Shown one piece after another: positions 6,827-16,349 of a DNA stretch of 58,991 nucleotides. Positions within the stretch are counted from its first letter, which is position 1; every line of letters starts with the position of its first letter. Source of the stretch: a virus. Its lineage: Duplodnaviria; Caudoviricetes. The notes under the pieces were generated by a model. That model made no database searches. It was not told the origin of the DNA and saw only the letters and a program-made list of their open reading frames with translations. The DNA is taken from the IMG/VR virus record IMGVR_UViG_3300036862_000046, positions 1 to 58,991 of that record. The stretch is one strand, 5' to 3'. The position numbers and the translations under genes were made by a program.

Positions 6827-9341
6827 GGGAGCGACGCCGGGACGAGGGAAGCCTCGCGAGGACAGGGAGTACGACCAGACCGCGCTCCGCCCGGACGACA
6901 CCACCCAGGTACACCGGGACTACGGTGCGCACTTCTTCCGGTGGGGACACGCCCACCGGTTCTGTAAGGGGAAGAGGGTCCTCGACCTCGGCTGCGGACC
7001 GGACCACATGCTCGGGCGCGTCCTGGTCGAGCACGGGAACATGGGCATCCGCCCGGAGCTCTACGTGGGCGCCGACCTGTCGGAGCTCCCGCGTAAGGAG
7101 ACCAAGCACATCCGTCTCCGCGGCGGGGTGGACCTGACCCGCGACTACCAGCGGCTCCTCGACGAATTCGGACCGTTCGACGTCGTCACCTCCTTCGAGG
7201 TCCTCGAGCACATGCCGGTGGACGCAGGGCGCCGGTACCTGACAGCCGCGCTCCGCTGTCTGAAGGCGGACGGGGTGTTCCTCCTCTCCACGCCGCGAAA
7301 CGAGGGTCACACGCCGGCCAGGAACCACATCCACGAGTACTCGACGAAGGAACTTCTGGCCGCAGTCCTCGAGGCCGGTTTCCAGGTGGAGCACCGCTAC
7401 GGGACCTTCGGCGACGTCGTGAAGCTCCGCCAGGCCGCGACGGGGACACCCTACGAGGCCGCATCCCGCGATCTCACCCGGTACTACTCGGACGACGTGA
7501 TCTCCTGCTTCCTGGCGCCGCTGTTCCCCGACGCCTGCAAGAACAACCTGTGGGTCCTCCGACCAGGCGCCGACGCCCCGCGGCCGGCGCCGGAACCTGA
7601 GGAACTCGAGATTCTGGAGCCGGATGCGGAGACGTGCCCCATCGAAGACGACGAAGACTATGTTCAAACCGAGAAGGCTGAGATCGAGCTTAAGGCACAC
7701 CTGGACAAGTACGACTTCCGAGTGGACGACAAGTTCGGCGAGAAATTCTTGAAGGCCAAGAGTGCCGACGACACCGTGAGGGGCCTGCCGCCCGTCGTCT
7801 GCATCAACACCTACGCCGGCTCGCTCCTCCTCGGGGCGAAGCAGCTCGGGATCGACGTCGAGATGTCCCTGGAGGACTGCGGGTACGGTCAGGAGTGGAG
7901 CAAGAAGAACTTCCCGCGGACCCGACACGTGGCGACTCGTACCGCGTGGCCCGAGGACGCCGACCTCCGCGGCGCCGTCGTGATCGCCCATCCGCCGTGC
8001 GCGGCGTTCTCGATCCAGGCGAAGGGGACCGTGGTGAAGAGCGGGAAATACGGGCTCCAGTCCGGTCACTTCGACGAGACCCGGTCCGTCATCAAGTACG
8101 CTCTGTCCCACGGCGCGCTCGCCCTAGCAGTCGAGTCGGTCCCGCTCGCGCTCGAGGGAGCACGGTCCGAGCACGACGCCCTGGCGGAGGAACATGGGTA
8201 CCACGTGTTCCGGCTCCAGCAGAACGCGGCGACGTTCAACGTCCCCCAGTGGCGGCCTCGGTTCTGGTGCGTGTTCTCCAAGTCACCGCGGTTCGCGGCC
8301 TGGCACACCCCGACCGTGGTGACACTCGCGGAGGTCCTGGACGGGGTCGACCCCGGACCGCCGGACGTGGAACTGGACCGGCGACTCGTCCGGCAGCGCG
8401 AGGTCCTCGCGGAGCAGGGATGGGACGCGGAGAAGCTCCTGTCCGAACCGGGCATGCTCGTCCGCAACATCCAGAAGCACTACCTGCCGGGGGAGAGCCT
8501 GTCTGAGATCGCCGGGAAGTACGCGATCGGCAGCTCCGAGGGCGGGAAGGTCGGTGGTCCCATCCGGGTCGGATACAAGTTCATCTCCAAGACCCCGCGC
8601 GTCCTCGACCCGAAGGGAACGGCGGGCGTGATCATCGGAGACTCCTGGTACGTCTACCGGGGTAAGGCGCTGACCCCTGCGGAGTACCGGGCGGTCATGG
8701 GCTTCCCGCGGGACTACGTCCTGGACCAGAAGTATCGCACCTGGCTCTCGAAGGGAGTCGTCCCTGCGGTGGCTGCGTGGGTCCTCGGCCTCATGCGGAG
8801 CAACGCGGTCGGCGACGTCCCGCCGGGCGCGAAGTGGCTAGCGTCGGGGGAGACCGCGGACTTCAAGGTGAGCCGGGAGATCTGGCAGAAGCTCGCCGAC
8901 GGCCAGCGGGTCTCGGACCCGTTCGGCCACGGGGGGAACTTCGTGGACCCGCACCTGTTCCGGCGGCCGGCGGCCGTGAGCAAGCTCGGCCCGGACGCCG
9001 TGGTGGTAGTACCTTCGCCAGCCGCGATCACCGTCTCGGCTGTGACCGCTCAGTTCCCGGAGTTCGACGCCGTCAACAGAGCCAAGCGGAAGCGACGGGT
9101 GGAATCAGCCTACGTCCTGACTCGCCCGGCCACGGCCTTGAGAGGTGAGGAACTCGAGGAGGCCTTCGCCTCCGCTCGCGCCGTAGTTCCGCCACTGGCC
9201 AGCTACGCCTTCAGCGACGCGTACACCGTAGGGCTGGTCGCGCAGTACGAGCCGCCTAACGCCGGCGGGTCGAAGTCGGACGTCGACCGGATCGTGGCGC
9301 GGGCGGCCAAGAAGCTCGGCGCTGAGTGGAGGAGAGCGTGA
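6819..9341 (+). CDS. Fusion: class I SAM methyltransferase + cytosine-C5 DNA methyltransferase-like domain
   Basis: N-term VLDLGCG, SFEVLEH, LSTP; C-term HPPC, VESV, PQWRPRF, MGFP; SD AGGAGG. Confidence 0.75.
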   Translation: MPKGATPGRGKPREDREYDQTALRPDDTTQVHRDYGAHFFRWGHAHRFCKGKRVLDLGCGPDHMLGRVLVEHGNMGIRPELYVGADLSELPRKETKHIRLRGGVDLTRDYQRLLDEFGPFDVVTSFEVLEHMPVDAGRRYLTAALRCLKADGVFLLSTPRNEGHTPARNHIHEYSTKELLAAVLEAGFQVEHRYGTFGDVVKLRQAATGTPYEAASRDLTRYYSDDVISCFLAPLFPDACKNNLWVLRPGADAPRPAPEPEELEILEPDAETCPIEDDEDYVQTEKAEIELKAHLDKYDFRVDDKFGEKFLKAKSADDTVRGLPPVVCINTYAGSLLLGAKQLGIDVEMSLEDCGYGQEWSKKNFPRTRHVATRTAWPEDADLRGAVVIAHPPCAAFSIQAKGTVVKSGKYGLQSGHFDETRSVIKYALSHGALALAVESVPLALEGARSEHDALAEEHGYHVFRLQQNAATFNVPQWRPRFWCVFSKSPRFAAWHTPTVVTLAEVLDGVDPGPPDVELDRRLVRQREVLAEQGWDAEKLLSEPGMLVRNIQKHYLPGESLSEIAGKYAIGSSEGGKVGGPIRVGYKFISKTPRVLDPKGTAGVIIGDSWYVYRGKALTPAEYRAVMGFPRDYVLDQKYRTWLSKGVVPAVAAWVLGLMRSNAVGDVPPGAKWLASGETADFKVSREIWQKLADGQRVSDPFGHGGNFVDPHLFRRPAAVSKLGPDAVVVVPSPAAITVSAVTAQFPEFDAVNRAKRKRRVESAYVLTRPATALRGEELEEAFASARAVVPPLASYAFSDAYTVGLVAQYEPPNAGGSKSDVDRIVARAAKKLGAEWRRA

Positions 9342-9574
9342 CCCTCTGGCGAGTCTACGTGACTGTCGGCGCCGGCCTCCGAGGAATCGGGACCTACGAG
9401 AACTTCCACTACGAGGAGCTCCTCTACTCCGGACCTCACTCCACCCTCGAGCAGGCTCTTCACGACGCTCACCACGCCGTCGGCAAGCCGTTCCAGTACC
9501 CGGCTCGGTACACCGTCAGGACGGTACACAAGGTATCCCTGGTCCTGTGTGCCAGGGTAGAGGAGACGGAATGA
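9338..9574 (+). CDS. Hypothetical protein
   Basis: GTGA overlap. Confidence 0.45.
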   Translation: MTLWRVYVTVGAGLRGIGTYENFHYEELLYSGPHSTLEQALHDAHHAVGKPFQYPARYTVRTVHKVSLVLCARVEETE

Positions 9575-9767
9575 ACGCGACAGGCAAGAGGGCTCGGAAG
9601 TCGGGCGGCAACAGGTACGCGTGCAAGGCCCGGAAGGAACGGCGGGCGCGGCGCAGGACGTGGGACAAGTTGCCCGTGTCTGCCTCACGCGGGAACGCGG
9701 CGAGCTTCGTCCTCGAGGACCACACGACGGATCTCGGATCGCGTCTCGCTCTAGGAAAGGGCCGAGC

Positions 9768-9995
9768 GTGAAGATTATGTGGAAGTGGTTTCCTGACGGG
9801 AAATACCCGCAGGCGTGCTGCTCCTGCGGACGGACGATTCCGGCATCGAACCCGAGATACTGGGTCACTACAGATTCGAATCCTCTGTCGAGAGCGACGA
9901 TACGGCATCAGGCGTGTTCCCCGGCTATCTTATACGACAGCCATGGAAAACGGATCTCACTCAAGTATCCTGAGACCGTGGAGACAGAGTTGTGA
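9768..9995 (+). CDS. Hypothetical protein with CxxC
   Basis: GTGA overlap; CCSCG..RHQAC. Confidence 0.4.
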   Translation: MKIMWKWFPDGKYPQACCSCGRTIPASNPRYWVTTDSNPLSRATIRHQACSPAILYDSHGKRISLKYPETVETEL

Positions 9996-10513
9996 ACCGG
10001 TACAGGATCGTAGTCCTCGAGGGGCCTGACGGCAGCGGCAAGACGACCCTCGCCCGCGCGCTCGAGGCCGACCTCGGCTACGTAGTGCGCCACGAGGGGC
10101 CGCCTCCGGCGGACCTCGAGGACGTCTTCGAGTACTACGCCGGCAAGCTCACTCTCGCTGCCTTCGAGGCCATGAGCACTGGCGTGGTGCTCGACCGGTT
10201 CGCCCTTGGGGAGCGGGTGTACGGTCCACTGCTGCGCGGGCGTGACCGGCTCGGCGACTCCGGGTGGGCCGCGATGCACAGCTGCCTCGACGCCTGCGGC
10301 GCATTCCGCGTGCTGTGCCTCCCGCCGTACCACCGTGCCCTGGAGACCTGGCAATCACGACAACTAGAGGGACGAGAGTTCATCACGTCCGAGGAAACGT
10401 TCTTCAGGACCTGGATGGAGTGGAGGACGTGGGACCTAGACCGAGGCCAAGTCACCTACGACTGGACGGACGAGTCTGCTTACAGCAGACTCGTGAGTGT
10501 GATCCGAGGTTGA
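9992..10513 (+). CDS. Thymidylate-kinase-like dNMP kinase
   Basis: P-loop VLEGPDGSGKTT; LDRF..GE.VYGPLLRG. Confidence 0.85.
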   Translation: MNRYRIVVLEGPDGSGKTTLARALEADLGYVVRHEGPPPADLEDVFEYYAGKLTLAAFEAMSTGVVLDRFALGERVYGPLLRGRDRLGDSGWAAMHSCLDACGAFRVLCLPPYHRALETWQSRQLEGREFITSEETFFRTWMEWRTWDLDRGQVTYDWTDESAYSRLVSVIRG

Positions 10514-12333
10514 CGCGACAACTCGGCCTCGGGGTCAGTCTTCTCAAGACTACACCCGCGCCTCCGGGTTGGCAGCCGGACGAGATCCCGGACCTGCGCG
10601 GTGTCGACGAGGTCGCCGTGGACCTCGAGGCCACCGGCCTCCGGTGGTGGGAGAGGGACAGACCCGTCGGCGTGGCGGTCGCGTGGAAAGACCCCACGAC
10701 AGGGGCTCTCCGGTCGTGCTACCTGCCGACCGGACACGAGGGCGGGAACAACCTCCCCGAGGAGAACGTGAAGGCCTTCTTACGTGAAGGCCTTCGCGGC
10801 AAGTACCTCTACAACCTCCAGACGAAGTTCGACCTGCACATGCTTCGCGAGTGGGGCGTGGACCTCGAGACGGTCGTCCGGGGCGTCGGGGACGTCGCGC
10901 ACTACGCGGCGTTGCTCGACGACCATCGCCGCCGGTTCAACCTCGAGGGCCTCGGTCAGGACTACCTCGGCGAGGGCAAGGTCCAGGGCCTGGACCTGTC
11001 GCACGGAGCGCAGGTCTACCCCGCCCACATGGTGACCCCGTACGCCCGTCAGGACGCGGCTCTCGTGATCCGGCTCCTGGACCGTATGAGGCCGGAGCTG
11101 GCCGCGCAGCAGCTCGAGGAGGTCGCCGCGCTCGAGGACGCCGTCCACTGGCCCGTCCTGGAGATGGAGCGGAACGGCGCGCTGCTCGACGTCGAGAAGC
11201 TCCGCCGGTGGGTCACGGAGAGCGAGCGGGACCTCACGCTGCTCCATCTCAAGATCGTCCAGGCCTTCGGCTACCCGGTCTCGACGAGCTCCAGGAAGGA
11301 TCTGGCACGGGTCTTCAGAGACCTCGGCGTCGAGTCGGACCGCAAAACCGAGACCGGTCAGGAGTCCTACGCGGGGGAGGTCCTGGCCCGCGCGGCCCGG
11401 AGTCACCCGCGACTGGGTCTCCTCCTCGAGGCCTCGCACCTCGAGGACCTCCGTTCCAAGTTCATCGTGGCCTATGCCAAGACCGTGGGCGACGACGGCC
11501 TCCTCCGCTCCGCCTTTCACCAGCTCCGCGGGGACAAGTACGGGACGGTGTCCGGCAGGTTCTCCTCCAGCCAGATAGTCGACGGAGTGGGAGCGAACCT
11601 CCAGCAGGTCCTCGCGGTTGGGAAGCAGACGCGGGTCCACGGGCCTAAGTACCTGATCCGCGAGCTGTTCGTTCCGGCGCCGGGCAAGGTCCTGGTCGCA
11701 GCGGACGCGCACCAGATCGAGTTCCGAATCTTCGTCCACGACTCCGGCTCCGAGAGGCTCATCCGGATGTACGAGTCGGACCCCTACACGGACTTCCACG
11801 TCCAGGTCGCGGACATGGTTCACCGGTACCTGCCGGACCTCGACCGGAAGCGGGTCAAGAACTACAGCTTCGCGGACCTGTTCGGCGCCGGCCAGGGCAA
11901 GAAGGCCGAGATGCTCGGCATCAGCCTGACCGAGGTACGGGAGCTCAGCCACGCCTACGAGACGGCGTTCCCCGAGGCGAAGGCGGTGATGCGGGAGGCG
12001 ATCGACACGGTACGCCGCACCGGCTACGTCCGCACGGCGTCGGGTCGACGTGCCAGGTTCCCGGACGGCCAGAGGACCCACAGCGCGCTGAACCGGAGGA
12101 TCCAGGGGACGGCCGGCGACGTCAACAAGCGGAAGCTCGTAGACCTCTACCGTGAGCGGAAGCGGCTGGGCCTGACGCTCCGGATCACGAACCACGACGA
12201 GGCGGTGGGAGACCTCGAGGACGCGCGCGGCGCCGTCCTAATGAAGGAGCTTCTCGACGAGCAGGCATACGCGTTTCGCGTCCCGATCCTCTGGTCGGTG
12301 GAGACGGGCCCGAACTGGGCGGAAACCAAATGA
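10510..12333 (+). CDS. polA: DNA polymerase I (family A) with 3'-5' exonuclease
   Basis: DLEATGL, KFDLH, YARQDA, TVSGRFSS, NLQQ, DAHQIEFR, IQGTAGD, NHDE; TTG start overlaps kinase stop. Confidence 0.95.
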   Translation: MTRQLGLGVSLLKTTPAPPGWQPDEIPDLRGVDEVAVDLEATGLRWWERDRPVGVAVAWKDPTTGALRSCYLPTGHEGGNNLPEENVKAFLREGLRGKYLYNLQTKFDLHMLREWGVDLETVVRGVGDVAHYAALLDDHRRRFNLEGLGQDYLGEGKVQGLDLSHGAQVYPAHMVTPYARQDAALVIRLLDRMRPELAAQQLEEVAALEDAVHWPVLEMERNGALLDVEKLRRWVTESERDLTLLHLKIVQAFGYPVSTSSRKDLARVFRDLGVESDRKTETGQESYAGEVLARAARSHPRLGLLLEASHLEDLRSKFIVAYAKTVGDDGLLRSAFHQLRGDKYGTVSGRFSSSQIVDGVGANLQQVLAVGKQTRVHGPKYLIRELFVPAPGKVLVAADAHQIEFRIFVHDSGSERLIRMYESDPYTDFHVQVADMVHRYLPDLDRKRVKNYSFADLFGAGQGKKAEMLGISLTEVRELSHAYETAFPEAKAVMREAIDTVRRTGYVRTASGRRARFPDGQRTHSALNRRIQGTAGDVNKRKLVDLYRERKRLGLTLRITNHDEAVGDLEDARGAVLMKELLDEQAYAFRVPILWSVETGPNWAETK

Positions 12334-12435
12334 CGTTCGGGTGGGTCTGCGAGTCCGGAAACGAATCGCTCGCCTACAGGTGGAAGTGCGCCAGACCAGA
12401 ACACGGACGAGTCCTGTATTTTGATTGGAGGAACG

Positions 12436-12621
12436 ATGAGCGACCTTCGAACCAAGAACGTCGAGACGACCCTGACGCTGATGGCACCGCAGAGTGACCT
12501 GCCTCTAGGTAACACATGGCAATGCGCGTCCTGCGGGACTCGCCTCCGCCAGGGGCAGCCGCACTCGGCCCAGGAACCGTTCCCGCATCTGGCGTACGGA
12601 GCTCTGATCGTCCATGGATGA
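12436..12621 (+). CDS. Small hypothetical protein with CxxC
   Basis: SD GGAGG then ATG; WQCASCG. Confidence 0.45.
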   Translation: MSDLRTKNVETTLTLMAPQSDLPLGNTWQCASCGTRLRQGQPHSAQEPFPHLAYGALIVHG

Positions 12622-13354
12622 GGCCTACCTGAAAGGACGGCTGGTCAAGACGCTCCGCGAGGCGATGCCCGGCGCAGTGGTCACACGACACGAGGACAAG
12701 CTCCAGGCCGGGATCCCAGACATCTCCGTCGCGTGGCGCGGAATCACCTCCTGGGTCGAGGTGAAGCATTGGCGCCGCGGGCGTCCGTCCCGGCTCACGG
12801 CGCTTCAGAACGCCAGGCTCCACGACCTTCGGTCTTCGGGCGTCCCGGCGTACTGCCTCACCTACTACGAGTACCCGTTGAAGAGGACCGCCCTCGAGGA
12901 CAGGCCGGGTCACGAGGTCGGTGCGAGCGGGTACGACCACGAGTGGGCCGCCGAGACCATCAGGTCTGCTCACCTGAGACCGAGTCTCGTCGACGACGTG
13001 AGGGCCTTCCACGTGCGCTTCGGCGTGCCGGCCAGGGTCTCCCCGATCTTCGACGCGGACTTCGCTGCGCGCCGATTCGCTCACCTCCAAGAGGAGACGG
13101 AGGAGTTCCGACGCGCCGTCCTGGCACGGTCTCTCCCGGACGCAGCAGACGCTCTCGTGGACTTGGTCTACGTGGCTCTCGGCGGCGCCGTCGGCCTCGG
13201 CCTCCCGTGGCAGGAGCTATGGGACGACGTCCACCGGGCCAACATGGAGAAGGTGCGAGAAGAGGGCGACGACTTCAAGTACTCGATCCGAAAGCCAAAA
13301 GGTTGGCGAGGACCGGATACAAAGCGGATCTTGAGTGAATCCGTGGTAGAATAG
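12614..13354 (+). CDS. VRR-NUC nuclease fused to MazG-like NTP pyrophosphohydrolase
   Basis: GIPD..WVEVK..LTALQ; VRAFH..F, LQEETEEF, DALVDLVYV, VHRANMEK, KPKGW. Confidence 0.85.
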   Translation: MDEAYLKGRLVKTLREAMPGAVVTRHEDKLQAGIPDISVAWRGITSWVEVKHWRRGRPSRLTALQNARLHDLRSSGVPAYCLTYYEYPLKRTALEDRPGHEVGASGYDHEWAAETIRSAHLRPSLVDDVRAFHVRFGVPARVSPIFDADFAARRFAHLQEETEEFRRAVLARSLPDAADALVDLVYVALGGAVGLGLPWQELWDDVHRANMEKVREEGDDFKYSIRKPKGWRGPDTKRILSESVVE

Positions 13355-13357
13355 CTG

Positions 13358-14017
13358 ATGATCGTCCCAGACTTCGAGAAAGACCCGCTCAGACACAGGC
13401 CGTACGTGTGGCCGTCGTGGCTCACGAAACTGATGGCCGGTGAGGAACGGTGCTGGTTCAAGGCGTGGTACAAGGCCCGTCACCGGTACTCCAAGATCGA
13501 GGAGGGAGAGGACCGGGCGGAGTTCTTCAGGACATGGACGGCCAAGCACGACCTAATCACGGAGCGCCGCGCCGCGGAACTGCGGGCAGACGGGTGGGAA
13601 GTTCGAGTCGAGGACGACGCCGCGTTCAAGCTCGTCGGCGACAAGGCGGACGTCTCCGGCAAGCCCGATCTCTTCGCCGTCAAGGGCGACACTGCGATCG
13701 TCGTCGACGCCAAGTCAGGCCGGAAGCGGGACTCGGATCACTGGCAGGTCCTGATCTACCTCTTCGCTCTTCCGATCGCTTGGGCCAAGCTCGCTAAGCT
13801 CCGACTCGTGGGCGAGGTCGAGTACCAGGATGCCCGGGTGCTAGTACGGGCGCTCGGGGCTCTGGAGCGAGACCGTATCGTCGCGGCTATCCGCGTCGTC
13901 ACAGGAGCCCGACCGCCCGAGGCTTCCCCTTCCCAGAATGACTGCCGATACTGCGACGTCGCGAGGTGCCCGGTACGTTACAAGGCGCCCGAGGGCGACG
14001 CGTCGAGGTACTTCTGA
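13358..14017 (+). CDS. PD-(D/E)xK Cas4-like exonuclease
   Basis: N-term C, GKPDL..VDAKSG, Q...Y, CRYC...C; GTGGTAGAAT -10 box just upstream. Confidence 0.8.
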   Translation: MIVPDFEKDPLRHRPYVWPSWLTKLMAGEERCWFKAWYKARHRYSKIEEGEDRAEFFRTWTAKHDLITERRAAELRADGWEVRVEDDAAFKLVGDKADVSGKPDLFAVKGDTAIVVDAKSGRKRDSDHWQVLIYLFALPIAWAKLAKLRLVGEVEYQDARVLVRALGALERDRIVAAIRVVTGARPPEASPSQNDCRYCDVARCPVRYKAPEGDASRYF

Positions 14018-14793
14018 AGCACCCACGGAAGCACATGGTGATCCCGGACTGCCAGGTCAAGCCGGGCGTCGACGTCTCGCACATGACCTGGATCGGGAAG
14101 TACATGGTCGAGAAGCAACCGGATGTCGTGGTGTGCATAGGCGACTTCGCGGACATGCCGTCGCTGTCCAGCTACGACCGCGGCAAGCGCTCGTTCGAGG
14201 GTCGTACTTACCGAGCGGATGTCGAGGCCGTCGGGTCAGCGATGCGTGAGCTCCTGGCTCCTCTCCGTGCGTTCCAGAAGACGAAAGTCGGTAAGGCCTA
14301 CAAGCCCCGTATGGTCATGACCCTCGGAAACCACGAGAACAGGATCAACCGGGCGATCGAGGAGGACTCCAAGCTCCACGGGACGATCTCGACTAAGGAT
14401 CTCGGGTACGAGGCGGACGGGTGGGAGGTCTACCAGTTCCTGAAGGTCGTGGCAGTCGACGGCGTCGCCTACTCCCACTACTTCGTGAACGGCGTGATGG
14501 GACGTCCCGTCACCAGCGCGAGAGCCCTGGTCAAGCGACTGCACCAGTCGGCCACGATGGGACACGTCCAGACGACGGACATCTACATGGGCGACGCGAG
14601 GGCGGACGGGACCAACGTCGTGGGCCTGTTCTGCGGGACCTGCTACCTGCACGACGAGGAGTACCTCGGGCCGCAGGGCAACGCCCAGCGCCGCCAGATC
14701 GTGATGTGCCACGACGTCAACGACGGTGCCTACGACCCCATGTTCGTGTCACTGGACTTCTTGAGACGTAAGTACGAGGGAGGGAAGAAATGA
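14014..14793 (+). CDS. Calcineurin-like metallophosphoesterase
   Basis: IPDCQ, GDFAD, GNHE, SHY, MGH; start CTG 14014 or ATG 14035. Confidence 0.85.
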   Translation: MKHPRKHMVIPDCQVKPGVDVSHMTWIGKYMVEKQPDVVVCIGDFADMPSLSSYDRGKRSFEGRTYRADVEAVGSAMRELLAPLRAFQKTKVGKAYKPRMVMTLGNHENRINRAIEEDSKLHGTISTKDLGYEADGWEVYQFLKVVAVDGVAYSHYFVNGVMGRPVTSARALVKRLHQSATMGHVQTTDIYMGDARADGTNVVGLFCGTCYLHDEEYLGPQGNAQRRQIVMCHDVNDGAYDPMFVSLDFLRRKYEGGKK

Positions 14794-15146
14794 GGACCGC
14801 GTATATCTCCGGACCGATGCGACGGGTGCCGGAGTACAACTACCCGGCCTTCTTCGCGGCGGAGAAGGCTCTCCAGGACGCGGGCTGGGAGGTCCTCAAC
14901 CCCGCCCGGATCTCGGAGGAGAAGCACCCCGGTTTCGTGTCCGACGGCTCACCGGTTCACTCACGCCTCTTCGCGGCCCAGGACCTCGCGGTGATCATCT
15001 GGAAGCTCAGGGCAGAACGAGGAGACGCCGTCGTCACGCTCCCCGGGTGGGAGCAGTCCCGCGGGGCCTGCGGTGAGGTCGCCGTCGGACGGTGGGTACG
15101 ATTGCCGATCCTGACACTGGAGGAAGCCCTTGCAGACCGAAGCTGA
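14790..15146 (+). CDS. DUF4406 / nucleoside deoxyribosyltransferase-like protein
   Basis: YISGPM..YNYPAF..LNPA..LPGWEQSRGA..E. Confidence 0.8.
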   Translation: MRTAYISGPMRRVPEYNYPAFFAAEKALQDAGWEVLNPARISEEKHPGFVSDGSPVHSRLFAAQDLAVIIWKLRAERGDAVVTLPGWEQSRGACGEVAVGRWVRLPILTLEEALADRS

Positions 15147-15414
15147 GATTCGCGCGGAACGCGCGAAGGTGTACGGCGACGTCCAGACCAACCACGCGAA
15201 CATCGCGGGCGTGTGGACCGCGCTCCTCCGGGCTCGCTACGGCCCGGAGATGCCGGCGCTCGACGCCCAGATGGCGGAGCTGATGCTGGCAGGCTTCAAG
15301 ATCGCGAGGGCTGCGAGACCGGTGCCACTGGATCCTGCCGTCAGGATCCAGTACCTAGACTCGTTCCCCGATGCCCGAAATTATTTGGACTTTGCGCGTG
15401 AGGCAGTTGAATGA
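15130..15414 (+). CDS. DUF6378-like phage protein
   Basis: R.KVYGD...N..IA.VW..M..KIAR..DS..D..NY. Confidence 0.7.
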   Translation: MQTEAEIRAERAKVYGDVQTNHANIAGVWTALLRARYGPEMPALDAQMAELMLAGFKIARAARPVPLDPAVRIQYLDSFPDARNYLDFAREAVE

Positions 15415-15686
15415 GACGACCCGGCCATTGCCTCAAATGCGGTATTTATCGCGAGGGTCTTCACCGAGACCACATTGTCCCCAAATTTCTAGGAGGGGCA
15501 GATTCCCCCGAAAATATCCAACTGACCATGACGTGGCGCCTGACCCAGTCCCTGATGATCCTGACACCGGAGGCTAACCGCGAAGAGGTTCGGGCGATAG
15601 CGTCGCGCGCCGTGGCGGAGATCCAGGCCCGTCTAGCTACCTGGCCTAACGAGACGTTGAGCGTCGACCCCGGTAAGGAGAGCTGA
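15411..15686 (+). CDS. Truncated HNH endonuclease fragment fused to an unrelated C-terminus
   Basis: CLKCG..HRDHIVPKFLGGADSPENIQL; the following C..CH part is absent. Confidence 0.5.
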   Translation: MRRPGHCLKCGIYREGLHRDHIVPKFLGGADSPENIQLTMTWRLTQSLMILTPEANREEVRAIASRAVAEIQARLATWPNETLSVDPGKES

Positions 15687-15904
15687 TGCTGCGAAGGCTG
15701 ATGGCGGTGTTTAGGCAGGACCCGGTCTACCTCGACGAGGACGCGATGGAACGCCTTCGACTCCGGTGGAACAACGAGGCTATGGACGCGGCGCGTATAC
15801 CTTTGAGAGGAGACCCGCACCCGTTCGCGGTGACGTCGTACGAGGTACGGCCGAGCGACGAGCCCTACCAGCTCGAAGAAGATATCGACTGGGGCGCCGC
15901 TTGA
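15686..15904 (+). CDS. Hypothetical protein
   Basis: TGATG coupling, SD AAGGAG. Confidence 0.5.
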   Translation: MLRRLMAVFRQDPVYLDEDAMERLRLRWNNEAMDAARIPLRGDPHPFAVTSYEVRPSDEPYQLEEDIDWGAA

Positions 15905-16170
15905 TCGACATCCAGGGGATGTCGGACGAGACGACGGCGGCCCTGTCGGATGTCCTGATCCGGCACAAGTCCGCCAACCCGCTCTCGGACGCGTTGTCCG
16001 TAGTCGTGACGATGTCGCGAAACATCAGCCTCGCGATCCTGGCGCGGACGGAGGAAGCGTATCTGGAGCACAACCGGACGCGTTGCCTGGTACTCCTCGC
16101 GGAGCTGTCAGCGGAGGTCGCGGCGTGGCCGCAGATCACGACGGTGGAGCCTGGGGTCAAGGACTCGTGA
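15901..16170 (+). CDS. Hypothetical protein
   Basis: TTGA overlap. Confidence 0.45.
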   Translation: MIDIQGMSDETTAALSDVLIRHKSANPLSDALSVVVTMSRNISLAILARTEEAYLEHNRTRCLVLLAELSAEVAAWPQITTVEPGVKDS

Positions 16171-16349
16171 GGGACTTAGCGGAGGAGTCCCTGCTAACGA
16201 CGCTGCACCGTCGGGGGTTCACCGCGGCGGACATCGACACGACTAGATTCCCTGGCCTCCTCTGCGCTATGGAAGGCTGCTCGGACCTGCGACTACCGGG
16301 GCGACTGGTCTGCCTGCAGCACGTGCCGGAGTTCGGGGCGACGTCTTGA
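16167..16349 (+). CDS. Small Cys-containing protein
   Basis: GTGA overlap; CAMEGC..CLQH. Confidence 0.45.
   Translation: MRDLAEESLLTTLHRRGFTAADIDTTRFPGLLCAMEGCSDLRLPGRLVCLQHVPEFGATS

Noticed and set aside
12334-12420. Hammerhead-like words (CTGCGAGTCC..CGAA)
   Set aside because: Lacks the CUGANGA/GAAA core and stems; also readable as a short ORF from 12330
13358-14017. Cas4 as part of a CRISPR system
   Set aside because: No array or other cas genes; ordinary phage exonuclease context
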